Positions 25,761-39,187 of a stretch of 64,000 nt of DNA are shown here, in pieces; position 1 is the stretch's first letter; the number at the start of each line of letters is the position of its first letter. A program made the translations under genes and the position numbers. The DNA comes from Trichoplax sp. H2 (lineage: Eukaryota): NCBI GenBank assembly GCA_003344405.1, contig NOWV01000107.1, positions 1 through 64,000 on the forward strand. Reading direction: 5' to 3'. The notes below the pieces were generated by a model that was given only the letters and a program-made list of their open reading frames with translations, did no database searches and was not told where the DNA came from.

Positions 25761-27821
25761 TCAAGCGTCAATTTACCGGATTTACCAGTTATTTGCGCAA
25801 GTTATTTATACTCGTGCTAGTACCGTAATGCCTGTATTGTACGGTACAGTGCGATACGTGAATTTCCAGTCTCACATCCGGTGGCCGGTACCGGTACCGG
25901 TACCTGTGACCTATATCCAGTTACTTGATTCAGGTTGCATAGTTACGGTACTCCTGTTTTTTTTTCTTCTACCCTCCTCCCTATGATCATGGAGCGTTGA
26001 ATCTTCTTCGTCTGCCTTCCTGGATACTACTGTTGTAAAGCTGAATAGAAATGACTTTAGCAAGCAATAACTACTAATATGCTTACTAATTTATTAACTA
26101 ATCAGTTGGGGCCGATCGATAGGACCAACCTCGCTTTAAATATCCCATTCGATATTCGATATTAGCGCACAGTATTACTGAACAGTACTGGATTCAGTTG
26201 TCGTGATTGAAGTAGCCCAATATAGTTATTACAACATTCAATATCAAAAGGCAGCAAAAACTACAGCCTATTGTGCAATAACAGCGTAAAGTACAGTATA
26301 TGGAGGAGCCGCTCGATTTACTCATTTCTTCATATGAGATATTGCAGTGGGTTCTGTATACTGTATTTGCACATTGGGTATACTTTACACGCACTTACAG
26401 GTGTACAATGGCGACCTGTACAGTCATTAATCATGAAAAGAAATGAATGGATAAACTAAAACCAGTCAAAAAAAGTGATTAGGTATTATTATTTTTTGTC
26501 GAAAAATTGAATAACTGCTTAATCATCGCGTTACAATATATCGTATGTAAGACTTTCATATTCATGCGCTGCTTTCAGTATTTGTCATCTTTATTGATGA
26601 CCAACGAGTTCGGTTACCAAATACCCGTCTAGTTCATGAATAAGAATAAAATATCATTTTTATATCATTCAATTAGAAACGTATAGTAAATATATAGTGG
26701 ATAATATTAATCAATTATAAATTAATTATCAATGGAGCTTAAGTATACTCCAACCTCGAAAATATCGACCATTTCTACATGATATATCTAAATTAAAAAT
26801 CCTCTGTACTCAACCATACATACGCGTACAGTAGTTCAGTCTAAAGCACATTTTAGCCTTATTAGGTTTCCATAGACGATAGATAACACGTATACCCGGT
26901 CAAACCCCAAATATTAGTCTAAATCGTCCATACTAATAATAAAATATTGTTCTAGTCTTCAAGAAACCTATTTTTAACTAAAAAAATTTCAAGCACACCT
27001 TATCAAGGGAGTTTGAAAAAAATAGGTGCTAATCTTGGAATATCGATCATTTCAAGGTTCTGTGTTTATGCAATTTATTTAAGCCCAATCTGAAATGTTG
27101 TTTATTCCATTCCAATATACTACCGGCAACAATCTATTGTCGCCAAAAATATTTGAAAATAAGATTGGTTATACCGAGCATAAAGACAATATGGGTATTT
27201 TCATCGAGATGGAGTAAAGTTGAGGTAGAAGCACATTCTTATATGATTTAATGTGTTTATTGGATACTTTTCAAGTTTAGATTAGATATACTTAAAAGTG
27301 TTTGCAACATTATACGATATAATAGTGCTAACTTAAAAACACTATAAAGTAAAGACTTTCAAACTGTAATAACTGATCAATATTTATAAGGTAGAAGTTA
27401 TAGTGTTACTGTATTACGACATAGAACATGATGGATCGAGTTTCCACCATAATTTTGATCGTAAAGTGACGGTAAATCGTCTAGTCATGGCACAGTATAA
27501 TACTATACTGCTACTCGATGCGAAAGAATCACATTTTCTTCATAAATAACATATTAAAAATTGATTATAGCTAAAAAAAATGACAAGAGACGATTTGTAT
27601 CATATTCTAATGAACACGATATTATCGACTATATTTGATCACAGCCTGTACAATACTTAAGCATCAATTTATAATATTACTACAATATATGTAAAGTTAT
27701 AATTATAAAGATATTCATAACCATATTCTTACACGTCTATAAATTAATTAAATAGCAATAGCTTGAAGTACATACGCAAAATTAATCATCCAATGCCAAT
27801 AATTTAGCCCTAGATAGAGAA

Positions 27822-27876
27822 TGTAATGGTGTACCATCATTTGTTGTAATGGTGTACCATCATTTGTTGAAATGGT
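27822..27876. repeat. 23 bp tandem repeat, ~2.4 copies
   Basis: TGTAATGGTGTACCATCATTTGT twice, plus a partial copy. Confidence 0.9.
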
Positions 27877-28908
27877 TGATCAAATTGTGTAGATACTCAT
27901 TCTTCTACACATGATAATTAATTAATCATACCATAGGCCCCAATAGTAGATAGTATAACTTTAAAATAAGTAAGATTGACAGAGTAAAATTGCATAATTA
28001 AAGATTTGTTATTAAAGCCACGAAATAGGATTATCACCCATGACTGATTACATGCGTAGAAGTAAGCAATTTTAAGAGAATGGATATAAGTCGATATAGA
28101 CCGCCTATTGTTAATACATAGTTACCTAAGATTGTATGAGAATAGTTTAACTTATATGTTAGACAATAAGATAATTGTTTATAAATCGTGAATTTAGCAG
28201 AGTAATTTAGATAGTCTAATTGCAGCTAGATAGTACTTGGTTGTTGTAAGACCAGTCTAATTTATGTAATAAAGTGTAGTTTACAAGAAACTGTAGTTCT
28301 TGTTTTATTTTTTTGAAGACACTTTATCATATACTACTAGCCTGTAATATATTAAGTCTCTACTTAGTTGGTGACTAAAATCACATAATTAAGGCAAGAT
28401 ATTATGAATAGGTAGGATACATCCTCATTAGGACTACTTTATCATTAAAATACATCTTATATATGCCATATCTGCATATTAAACACACATTCATATTGAG
28501 AGAGATAGAAAGAGTTTTACACATAGACATATAGATCCAGACACGCATCTATGCTGTATACACTATAAGAATTTTTAACTTATAGAATAGATATGATAAC
28601 GCCCAAATAATTGAGGAGAAAAATTATTTTTATTGCACTATGTATAATATAAATTCTATCCATTCTACCATTAGTATACATGCAATCGTAAAAACCTAGT
28701 AGTAATTGATTATTATTTTACTTAAGGCCCACATTGGGCTTATATGAGCATTAGCTCATACTCTTTATAATTATAAGACATATCATAGAAAGAAAAATAC
28801 GCCTCATAACTATACAGTAATTTGCCGTCATTTATGACTTGACAGTTAAGAAAAATTGCAGATTTTTACTAATTAATTTCTGCCTGGGTAAAAGACTGAG
28901 AATGAGTA

Positions 28909-29730
28909 TTACACATTTGTAACATTTATCTCAGTAGAATTTTGGTGGTTATGTGTAGACGTTAAATCGCTGTCGGTTTTATCTTTAGGTTTATGCCAAC
29001 GACGATGAGATGCTAAGTTAGCTGGGCAATTAAATACTTTCCCACATTCGGGACATTTGTGTTGAACATGCACAATTTTAGGACATTTATGCTGAGCCAA
29101 ACCTAACGGATTTGGAAATGTATTCTTACATAGTTGACATATGTATTCGTTGGGGATACTAGAACTTTTTTTACTAATACAACTATCAGCGTTCGATTGG
29201 ACGGTAATATCACTATCCGTAGGACTACTGCTACGGCATTTTCGGAACTGGTGCTCAAATTCTTCTTTTGGACAACTTGGATAGACAGCATTAGGTGATT
29301 CAATTTTAGAGGACAATTTTTCAAACTTTTGACTTGTTGGGAATGAAGTAGAGACAGGCGAGATTGTTTTCTCGCATGTATTCATTGGTAAAATAGACGA
29401 AAATTGGCCAAGATTGTGTAAAAAGGCATTGTCCAATTGAAGTTTAAGAGCTTGCTGCTGATTTGCCATCATAGCGGTGGCAGCTGCAGCAGCAGCGGTA
29501 GCGGCATGATGTTGCAATGGATATGCAGATGATCTATAAAGTGGACTATCAAGTAAAGGCATCATACCTAGCCCTGATGGTGAAAGCATAGGATAATTAT
29601 ATTCTGGATAGGTATTGTTGAATAAAGCAGCTTTACTTGGATTTTCATACATATAGTTGTTAACATATGGAACCGATTTGAAAGGATGATATAAATAAGG
29701 TCGATCTTTCATTACATAGACTTTCGGCAT
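28909..29730 (-). CDS. INSM1: INSM/IA-1 (Nerfin/EGL-46) family C2H2 zinc-finger transcription factor, apparently single exon, 273 aa
   Basis: [53 protein letters not shown] matches INSM fingers 1-2; SNAG-like start MPKVYVMK at ATG 29730; Ala/Gln-rich middle region. Confidence 0.92.
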   Translation of the reverse strand: MPKVYVMKDRPYLYHPFKSVPYVNNYMYENPSKAALFNNTYPEYNYPMLSPSGLGMMPLLDSPLYRSSAYPLQHHAATAAAAAATAMMANQQQALKLQLDNAFLHNLGQFSSILPMNTCEKTISPVSTSFPTSQKFEKLSSKIESPNAVYPSCPKEEFEHQFRKCRSSSPTDSDITVQSNADSCISKKSSSIPNEYICQLCKNTFPNPLGLAQHKCPKIVHVQHKCPECGKVFNCPANLASHRRWHKPKDKTDSDLTSTHNHQNSTEINVTNV

Positions 29731-29854
29731 CTTTTCTTTTCTTTTTCGTCGGTTTTTTGTAAATGGACAAAAAAATTGATTCGTAGTACGTTCACTATAC
29801 GTGAATGAAACAAGTAAACGTAGATTACAGTAACAATAACTTGATATCAAGGGG

Positions 29855-30000
29855 TTAATATAGCGCCCAACCAGTTCCTGTGCTAGCTATTTTTCTTTTC
29901 TTTTCTAATCACAAGCTGCGGATGTCGAAAAGAGATGCAATGCGGGAGGAAAATAAAAAAAGAAAAAAATTGAATATGAACATTAATTGACCTTTGCACT
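29855..30000 (-). promoter_or_regulatory. Putative INSM proximal promoter: GGGCGC-TATATTAA (BRE/TATA-like) and DR1 element AGTGCA-A-AGGTCA (29988-30000)
   Basis: Motifs read directly ~125-270 bp upstream of the ATG; function is inferred. Confidence 0.5.
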
Positions 30001-33000
30001 AACAGATACTATGATCTCCTTTCCTCTCTTATTTCAATATTTTGTTGGTTTTACATAGATAACACGAGGAAGAGATTATCAATACCATCATCATTATGGC
30101 CTATAAAAAATTCACGCTTCCAGTGTATGCTATCTCTTAGATATAATTATTCGCGGTAAGGTAGGATAAGAATAAGTAACTAGGCTAGTTAAAATAACTG
30201 ATATATCTACACAGCTAATTAAGTTTCCATCTATTTCGGTTAATAAATATTCAATTATTGACCTACCTCGCTAATTTTGAACGATCTTGATGAGGATAGA
30301 CTTCCGTAGAACAGTAATAAATCAACTATTCTGTTAAAAGAGAAAATAAGAAAAAATGAATTGTTAAAAGTAAGTGATACATTCTTCTTTAGAAAGACCT
30401 GGCGACAAATTTAGAATTTTACATTAAATTGGTATTGGCTTTTTCCAAAAAAGATTTCTCTATTTTCTTTCTTATGTATTGTCGCCCCCGCCCATTAAAA
30501 ATAATAATAGTTACACCGACAAGATTGGCAATTTTTATGACTACATTGATAGTAAACGCATGATTGAATTTCCATTTGAATAGGTCTACCATAACAACAA
30601 TAGCTACAGCAGAAAATTTTCATTTTATTTCATGCTATTCAATAATTGTGTCACGCTTGATAATTTTAAAATATTACCTTGAAATTAAAACGTTGGGTTT
30701 TTTGTTACTATTGTCAGGCTGATATTACTCATTACTAATTTTCGCTTTCGTCAGCTTAATTGTGATAGAAATGAATTCTCTTTTTCTATCCATCTTCATC
30801 TATTGCATTTTACCTAATTTTTTTATCTATGTAAAGCCAACACTAGTCCGTTATTTGGATAAAACTATCAATTTTTACTACAAGAGGATGATGATTCTAT
30901 TAATAAGATGCTGTGATTTATACTAATCTCTCGACAAAATGTTAATTTTCTTTTATAGGTCGTTTCGTAACTAGCGATTACATAAATTAATTATTTCTTA
31001 AATTTAAAATTTAAGCTACAGTATTCCATATTAGTAGAAGAATCCAATTCGTTGAACCTGAATTTCAATCACGGTAATGCTATCAAGGATAGAATTACGA
31101 TACATCGAAATTAAGATTGTGGGTATGCTTAGGTGGATTATTATAAAATATTATAGAAATATTCTAACCTTTGGATTATAATATAAATTAAGTGTGAATT
31201 TATACTGTATTAACTAGAAATTGAGATAGTACATCAACAGCCTTTCATTAAATTTGTAATCGTTGATAGCAATGCCTGCAATATGGGATACGGCACCGGT
31301 ATATTTTTTACTTAAACAAGTTTATAAAACACCTTATCTTCCCTTACCTTTCAGTGTGAGTGATATTAACAAAATCCAGTTTAATAAGAATTTTCAATTT
31401 GATTTTTTCCCAGTTTATCTGTAACAGTAGTAGAAATATCGAGAAAATCAATTGAAATGCTTAATAATAACCATGAAAATAAGAATTTCATTAAATTTAA
31501 TTATAAGGTAGCGACTGAAATATATAGCAAGAATTAAAAGAAAAATTAAATAACTAGAAGCTAGTTAGCAATAAGTAGTAGAATAAGTTAGAAATAGAGA
31601 ATTTCTATTCTTGCAAACGTTAAGGAAAAAAAAATTGACCCAGACCTAGTCAATCGAACTGGAGTAGAATCTAATCTGTCGCTGAAGGATGCAAGACGCA
31701 ACTGATCGAAAAATAGCGAAGAAGGAGTTTATTAAATGATATTGCTATTGATAATTAGTGTGACTGGATATCATCATTCGTATTGTTATGGTGACGATGA
31801 TGCCTGTAATTATAACGAAATCAAAAAGAAAGAGAAAAATACGCGAGATATCCTATAGAAGGAAATCAGATCTACCAGGTGGGAGAAATTCTTTACATTA
31901 AATTGTGTTTTCCATAAGTTGAGCATTACTTTGTGATTATTTCTCTCCGCCTACTTGTTATTGTTATTTTTCCATTTGGTCCTAATTGTGCAATACCTTT
32001 ACCAAATTTATTCTAATCATGACATGCTATAGAGGAGTTGTGTTTTAATAGATGGAGTTTGCTTAGAAATAAATCAATTCTAAACAATACCAACTGACGA
32101 TGGTAAAAAAAATATGTTGAAAAGACTAGAATAATAGTAGGTGACGAGTTGAGAGAAGTATTGACACTAATTGAACTATAGGATGACGACATTATTATTA
32201 GGGGAAATAAAAAAAAGGAAAAAATAGCTTTGGGATAAAAAAAAATACGTATAGTTATTGTTGAAGTAAATACATATCATAAATAATGTAATAGAATCAA
32301 AATATTCGATTGAAGTCTACAATCTATATTTATAGTTTAATATACTCTATAAAGCTATATAGTAGATTGTGTAACAGTCAGTAACTCTTGCTATCGAATT
32401 TTGTAATAAAGTTGGCATATACGCTAATATTAAAATTCAATAATTTCAAAATTCTACTATTAAACAATATATGTACATTATAGACATTGTGTGTCGACAA
32501 ATATCTACATGGGTTGTATTATATTAGTTAGAGAATGTATTTTATTATATGTATGTATGTATGTATATTGTATATTTTTACAAAGAATGTGATGGAATCA
32601 AAATACTCGATTAAAAAATCCACAATTGAAATATTAATCTAAATTTTGACCAACAAAATGCGTGAGTTATACCCACTCTAGGAGTAGTGTAATAGAATCA
32701 AATGCGTTTTATCGATTATTATGTTTTGTAGATATTTTAACCTTCAATACTGATAAATTTATTAAATGGAATATATTTAGATTTGTTCATGTTTTCGTCC
32801 TTGTTAAATTACATTGATGTTCATTGGAAGATGAAAAGAGTCAATTGATTTCTATAGGCGTTATACCACTTTGAATTTTTACCTAACGTATACTTATTGT
32901 AGATTATATAATATTAAATTGATCATATCCAGCTCAATTTGGATATTATTCCTCTATCTACATGTCTATACTAATGAATAAATGTAATTTAAGCACATCA

Positions 33001-35902
33001 CATCATTAGGTAAGAAAGGGTAAGAAGCTGGAATACTACATTTGTATCTCACCAGTTTTTTTCTCTCTGTCTTTCAATAATATCAATTATATGTATATAT
33101 ATACATTTATACAACATAGATATGTAAGAATTCTTGGGAAATTTAAATTTTGATTAACCATATATTTTTAATTAATGATAATTGTCGTCGTCATGCAAGC
33201 AAACAGTACCAGCTGGAATTAAAGCCTTTCACAGTATGATAGAATAATAGCTATTTTATTTATCCTGAAAAATAATATCATTAGGGTTATATTATATATT
33301 TCTATCTATGACTGCCAGACTTATGCAACCAATCAGCCATAATATTATCATCATTATCATTTGGATACTGTCTCGACCGGAGACGTCCTTACGTTGGATA
33401 GAAAGGCACGATAATATAGTCATTCATATTCAACATCCGTCATATTTTACTCTTGCCGGCAAAGCATTATCTTCTTCCTCACGATAAATAATAAAATCCA
33501 ATACAATCGATCTATCGCTATTTGTGTATTTATTTTTCCTTTCTTTAAGTTTACTCGCGATTTAAAATGTCTGCACATAATGTCTGAATAGTCTTAAAAT
33601 AATATAGCGTCGCTATAACATTACCTGTACAGTATTTACTTTATGTTAGTTAGTTCGGTAATGTATAATATTTATTCTGATTTTAAAATTTCTATTTTAA
33701 AGTCTACACTGGCATAGTATTGAATACAGCGGCTTAATGTAGCCATCGATTTACGTTAAATAAATTAAAATGGTCAATTCTACTATCCAGCTGTAACTGG
33801 TAAAGTTATGGGATATCACTCTCCACGAAAGGTATCGTTGATGATATCTGTACCATTGACATACTTTTATATCTACACGGCTATAGTTTTTCAGGTTATA
33901 CATGAAATATTTGCTAATTTACTATACTATACTCACTAATATTATTGTATTATTGTTATCAAAGATCATACAAATTCAGGTGATTTTTAGCATTACTCAT
34001 TAATAAGTGAAATAAGAGAAAAAATGTATCGAAAATGTCAAGATAATTGTTATTTAAAGCTGAGATTTTATACCATAGACAACTAAAAGTTGATGGCAAT
34101 AGAAATAGAATAAAAAAATATTTTATTCACTGGAAATGTATACAACTCATTATTATCCATTCAAATTCTATTATAATTGCTAAGAGAAGCATAATAAATA
34201 ATTTAGTAAATGTCCATAAATGCTCATCAAATTAGATAACTAGGGAGTGATAGCACAGAATCAATTGTCAAAAAATAAAATTACTAACTGTATACTCCAA
34301 ATATCAATAGATTGATAGCTTCAGTTGAGCAAGTACGCCTAAAATTGCTGGAAATATGATTTATTCTTGTATCAATATTGGTATAATGTATTTAGGACAT
34401 AATGAAAATAAAATGATAGATCCTGTGATATTGGTTTGATTGACAATTGAGGTGGCGTTAAATTAAATTTATTTTTTCTCGTTTTTTATATATCTAGTAA
34501 AAGCTAAGGATAAATATTATCATTCTTTATAGGATGTTGCTTGTCATGTGAGTACAATTAGAATTATAGTCAACCATGCTTGAAAAAAATTAGATATGGT
34601 AAAATTTTATAATACATTTTATAAAAATAGAGCTGCTCAATAGATCAATCTATCCATGTCCGATAAGAAAGGAACCAAGGGGAGTGATGTACGTTGTAAA
34701 AATATGGAGAATTACGGATATCTAAGGGACAATTTCATCCAAGTAGAAGATGGTTTGATTTTTACTTTTTCCACGCATGAAATAGATCAGACGGTAATGA
34801 TACTCAAGGGCTAAAAGAAGGTAGAAAATAGAGTAGTCCTAACGTGATACCAGTAAGTAGTCATTTTGTTTTAACTTGACGCTAAACAAATGAGAGACGT
34901 AAAAAATCTCTCCCACTCTCTACATATTAATAATTTCCGTGGTTAGAACAGATTGGGCTTGGTTAATGTTTTTTTCTTAATTATGATACGTATTGATAGT
35001 AACGACTCGATAGATACCGGACCAAAATATAACTATTGTCGTTGACAACATTCCTGCATCGTACTAAATAATTGCAATTGTGTTGTTGGTATCCAAAGAA
35101 AATAAGATAAAGTCAAAAATAAATCATTTACTGATGTACTTTGGACTTATTAACGTCATGTTTTTCAACTTGACAATTGTACTCAGAAGAATAGAATATA
35201 ACAATTAGCCATGTCGACTTTATTTTAATGTCTATGGACTGATTTGATAGAAAGTTAATGATGGCTATGTAACAAAATCATCCTAGCGGAAGAAGCGCTA
35301 TTATCTTCTTATTCGTACAATGGCATGACCATCTAGAAGGTTAGTAAATGCCAAAGGATGTACCATACAAAGTAGAATCAGTTGTAAATGAATTGGAGTA
35401 AAATAGATTGTAACGCTTTATCATTCATATTTTAATAACAACCAGGTAAAGGAGGTGTGGAGGATTTTCCTATTTACTTCTATTGAATTGAACTTCAATC
35501 TCGCTCGGGATTATTTTACAAACTTTACCTTTAACTTTTTATTTTTTTTCACCTCTTTCCTGATTAATTGACATATCTATTATATTCGGTTGGAAACCAT
35601 TGGCTAGTCTTCATATTTTTTGAATATTAATTAAACGTATTAGCTGCTATTCTTTATTAGCATCTAACTGGAAATTTTTCAACTTTCTTACAGCTGAACT
35701 TGACGACGATGCTCGTACTATTGATTGAATCGATAATATCGACGTAATCAAGTAATTTACTTTTCTACACTAGATAGTATCCAAGTTTTCAATATTCGTG
35801 TTTTATTGGATGATAAATTACGTCTAATCGGTGTCATGGCTTTAGCGGATAGTAGAAGATGAGAAATAAACCATCCTATTTCCATTTCTTTCTAGATCAT
35901 TC

Positions 35903-35949
35903 AAGTGGTGATTCGATTGGAAGTGGTGATTCGATTGGAAATGGTGATT
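35903..35949. repeat. 18 bp tandem repeat, ~2.6 copies
   Basis: AAGTGGTGATTCGATTGG twice, then AAATGGTGATT. Confidence 0.9.
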
Positions 35950-38900
35950 GAGTTACTATTGAGGCATCAAGAATAGTATTTTTTAAAGATTTTATTTTTT
36001 ATTGCATGACATTAAAATTGTTATGACGATTGAAGTCAAGAAGAGTTGATGTGGAACAAAATGGATCATCTCCGGTTTAACGATATTTTAAAAGTTGATG
36101 TTATTCATTTTTAGCCTGAATCTGTCATTGGATTCAATTGCTATTTCTACATCGAGAATAAAATGTCAATATACTGTCGACATAGGCCGAGAAATTGTTA
36201 AGAATAGTTTTACTTTTCGACTTTGTCTATTAAAATGTCAATTTTCATTGTAGGATAGTATCCATACAATATGGAATGATTCGAATAATTAGTTAAACCA
36301 TAGCTTAGCTTACTCCTTGATCACCTTGACATGACAAGTATTTAAATAGCTAAATAAAGAATTATGCTATTTACATGGTTGGCTTGACTACTTCATTTCT
36401 CACCTAATTTAGACTGCGATTTTTTCACCATTCTAAATATTCCATTGGTCCACTGGTCATTCTTTCTTAGATTTAACGGAGACTTTGAGTCAATAAAAAT
36501 CCATGACAATATGCTAGGACAATGTAGATAGGCATTATTATTAGTATACAGTTAAAAAATTGAAAATGTTATTCTCATAGAATGGATTATTCCACATTTG
36601 TAAAATGGAAGATTTTGATTTAAGCTATTGATATCCTAAACGGCATAGTTGCCTTAAAAAGAATAATAATGAAATATTCAAGCTACATCATCCATGGTTA
36701 TATATTCTATTTTACTGTCAAGGCGTTATTCTATGAGGTAAGAGATCAAGTCAGAACAGTGATAGTAAAATGGACTGAAAACCAAAACGATGACGTTTTC
36801 CTTCTTTACAATTGATCAATGCAGTCTATTAGGATATTGTGCTAGTTGATACTGATTCAGTAGATGATATTGTCTACTGGATATAAAAGCCATAATTAAA
36901 ATAATTTCACCACTATCGTTCAGAATTTCCAAGGCTGTTCAAAGGCTGTTGGTGCAATAACTGCATCATCCTAGGTAATATCGTCCTTGAAATAAACCCA
37001 ACTATTTTGACTAAACAACAAGATGAACTATGTTGATATAGAAAAGCGTGATCTTAATCATCCATAACATTATGGCAATTTAATAGGTATTCCATAAAGA
37101 CATAAAATTAATCAATATCGCCAATAAGACCCTTGATAAAAGAGATTGATTTTGAAAGGCGACAAAAAATCTGCGCATCCTTTCTTTACAATAAAAATAT
37201 AACGTATTAGCTATATTGTTCTAATCGACGAAAAGTATTCTTTTCTATCTGTTTATTCTGTCAAACAGTAATAGTAAACACATTTAGGAATTATTTCTAT
37301 TGCGATCAATGGATTCAATTCGAATTGAAGAATTGAAATGGAGTTAAAAAGGTGTTGAATTAACGCTTTTAGCTATAAATCGCGCTAGATTGTATTTTAA
37401 TAGGTAAAAAATATGCAGAGTTCATTTTTTACTCTATTCTAAAGACATCGAATGGAGTGAAATGGACGATCAAGTTGCAAAATTCAAAATTACATAGGAG
37501 TATGATGGTCAAGAGGATGGAACTATTTTATAGATGGATTCTGTAGGATATTGCTATGGAAAATAGCGACCATCCAATGTTGTATTACCTCTCTATTGCG
37601 CTCCCATTACTGCATACTCCTTTACCACTTTCATCCTTTCAACTTTCTACGTCTACAATAAATTGCCTATTTGCGCTTTCTTAGTGAATAAATGTCATCC
37701 TTTTATTGCCGTATTATTCCATATTGAAAAGTATTTTGATGGCGTATTATAGAAAGCATTCTTACTCAGTTGTTTTTTTACAGTAAAATGAGACTTTAAA
37801 TGATGAATTCAATTTGAATTATTTTTTCTTATCCCCATATTTTCTTGAACAACTATTTCAAGAAATAAAATGATAATGAAAGAATCCTGACAGTAGTATT
37901 CCACTTTGACCAAAGCATTATCGACAGCTATTGAAGTTAATTTAGAATAAAAATCGAGCCAAAAACAATATGAAATGTGGTTGATATTCTATTGAATCTG
38001 CTGCATCATTTTCAAAAATTAATATCGTATTAATTTATGTCGGTGGAATAAAATTAAGTCGTGTGATTCTTAACGTAATAAGGCATAATGAAACACTCTG
38101 ATGACAAATTCTCTACTATATAGTAGATTACTAGATAATAAAATGTGTAATATTGCCAAGGAATTCTTTTTAGTAGAAAATAAATGAGTAGATCGGAAAT
38201 GTTTAGTTCGATCAATATTACTCAGTAAATTAAAATCATAAAAACTACTGGCATCCCATTGAGGAAATTAAGTGTTATTATAATCGTTGTGCTTTTTTTT
38301 CACCAAGGATTGCAGTTCAATTTTTGCAATAAGTCAGCATTGCATTTTCCTCTATCGTCAACTCAATAAATATGTTAGAATAACTAAATAGTCCTGCTCT
38401 ATCATCATCGCCTAGAATCAATGTAGACAGAAAGAAATTAGAACGAGAAAAAGTGTAGAATGAATGTCCAAGCTTAATGTCTTTCTAATCATCTTATGAT
38501 CGATTAAGCGTATGTAACTTGTAGGGATCATTCATAACTCCATTCTAAGCTGCAGTTATCAAGACGTATCGAAAGAGAAAAGTAAAATAGCGAAGTATTG
38601 TCATTATGTACTTGTTTTAAACTTTCTATCTATTGAAATTTTTATTTTTTAAAGCGATAAAAAAACTAATTATTGTTTGTTTAATTTCTAGTGGGCAGTT
38701 ATTGAAGTCAAGGCGCGTTTGTATTGTGGATGAAATGAATATAAAGAATAGCAACAGCATTTCTCGGAAAAAAATCCACTATAATAAGTAGATGGGTTGT
38801 TCTAACCGATCTCAGCCAATAATAAATTAAAATTTTTGAAACACAAATGGTTAGACAGGAAGGCTTCTCGGACTTGATAATACAGGTTAGATAGTAATTT

Positions 38901-38961
38901 TGAAGTAGAGTGATTTTTATGAGGATGGAGCTTTAATAAACTCTTCTATATTGACTTGAAG

Positions 38962-39187
38962 TGGTACTAGGAATTGATTTTTGAAAATAGGAAATAATTA
39001 ATTTATTGCAGCTTGAAGTGGAACAAAGTGTACATCGTCTATTAACGGTTATCAGACTGCCCTTTTGGTTGAAAATGGTACTAGGAATTGATTTTTGAAA
39101 ATAGGAAATAATAAATTTAACGCAGTCTGAAAAGGAACAAAGGGTGCATCGTCTATTAACGGTTATCAGACTGCACTTTTGGTTGAA
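38962..39187. repeat. 114 bp tandem duplication, two slightly diverged copies
   Basis: TGGTACTAGGAATTGATTTTTGAAAATAGGAAATAAT...CATCGTCTATTAACGGTTATCAGACTGC...TTTTGGTTGAA at 38962 and 39076. Confidence 0.93.

Noticed and set aside
29731..29850. N-terminal extension of the INSM ORF in the ORF track
   Set aside because: It starts at a non-ATG codon next to the TATA-like box; a SNAG motif must be N-terminal, which points to ATG 29730.
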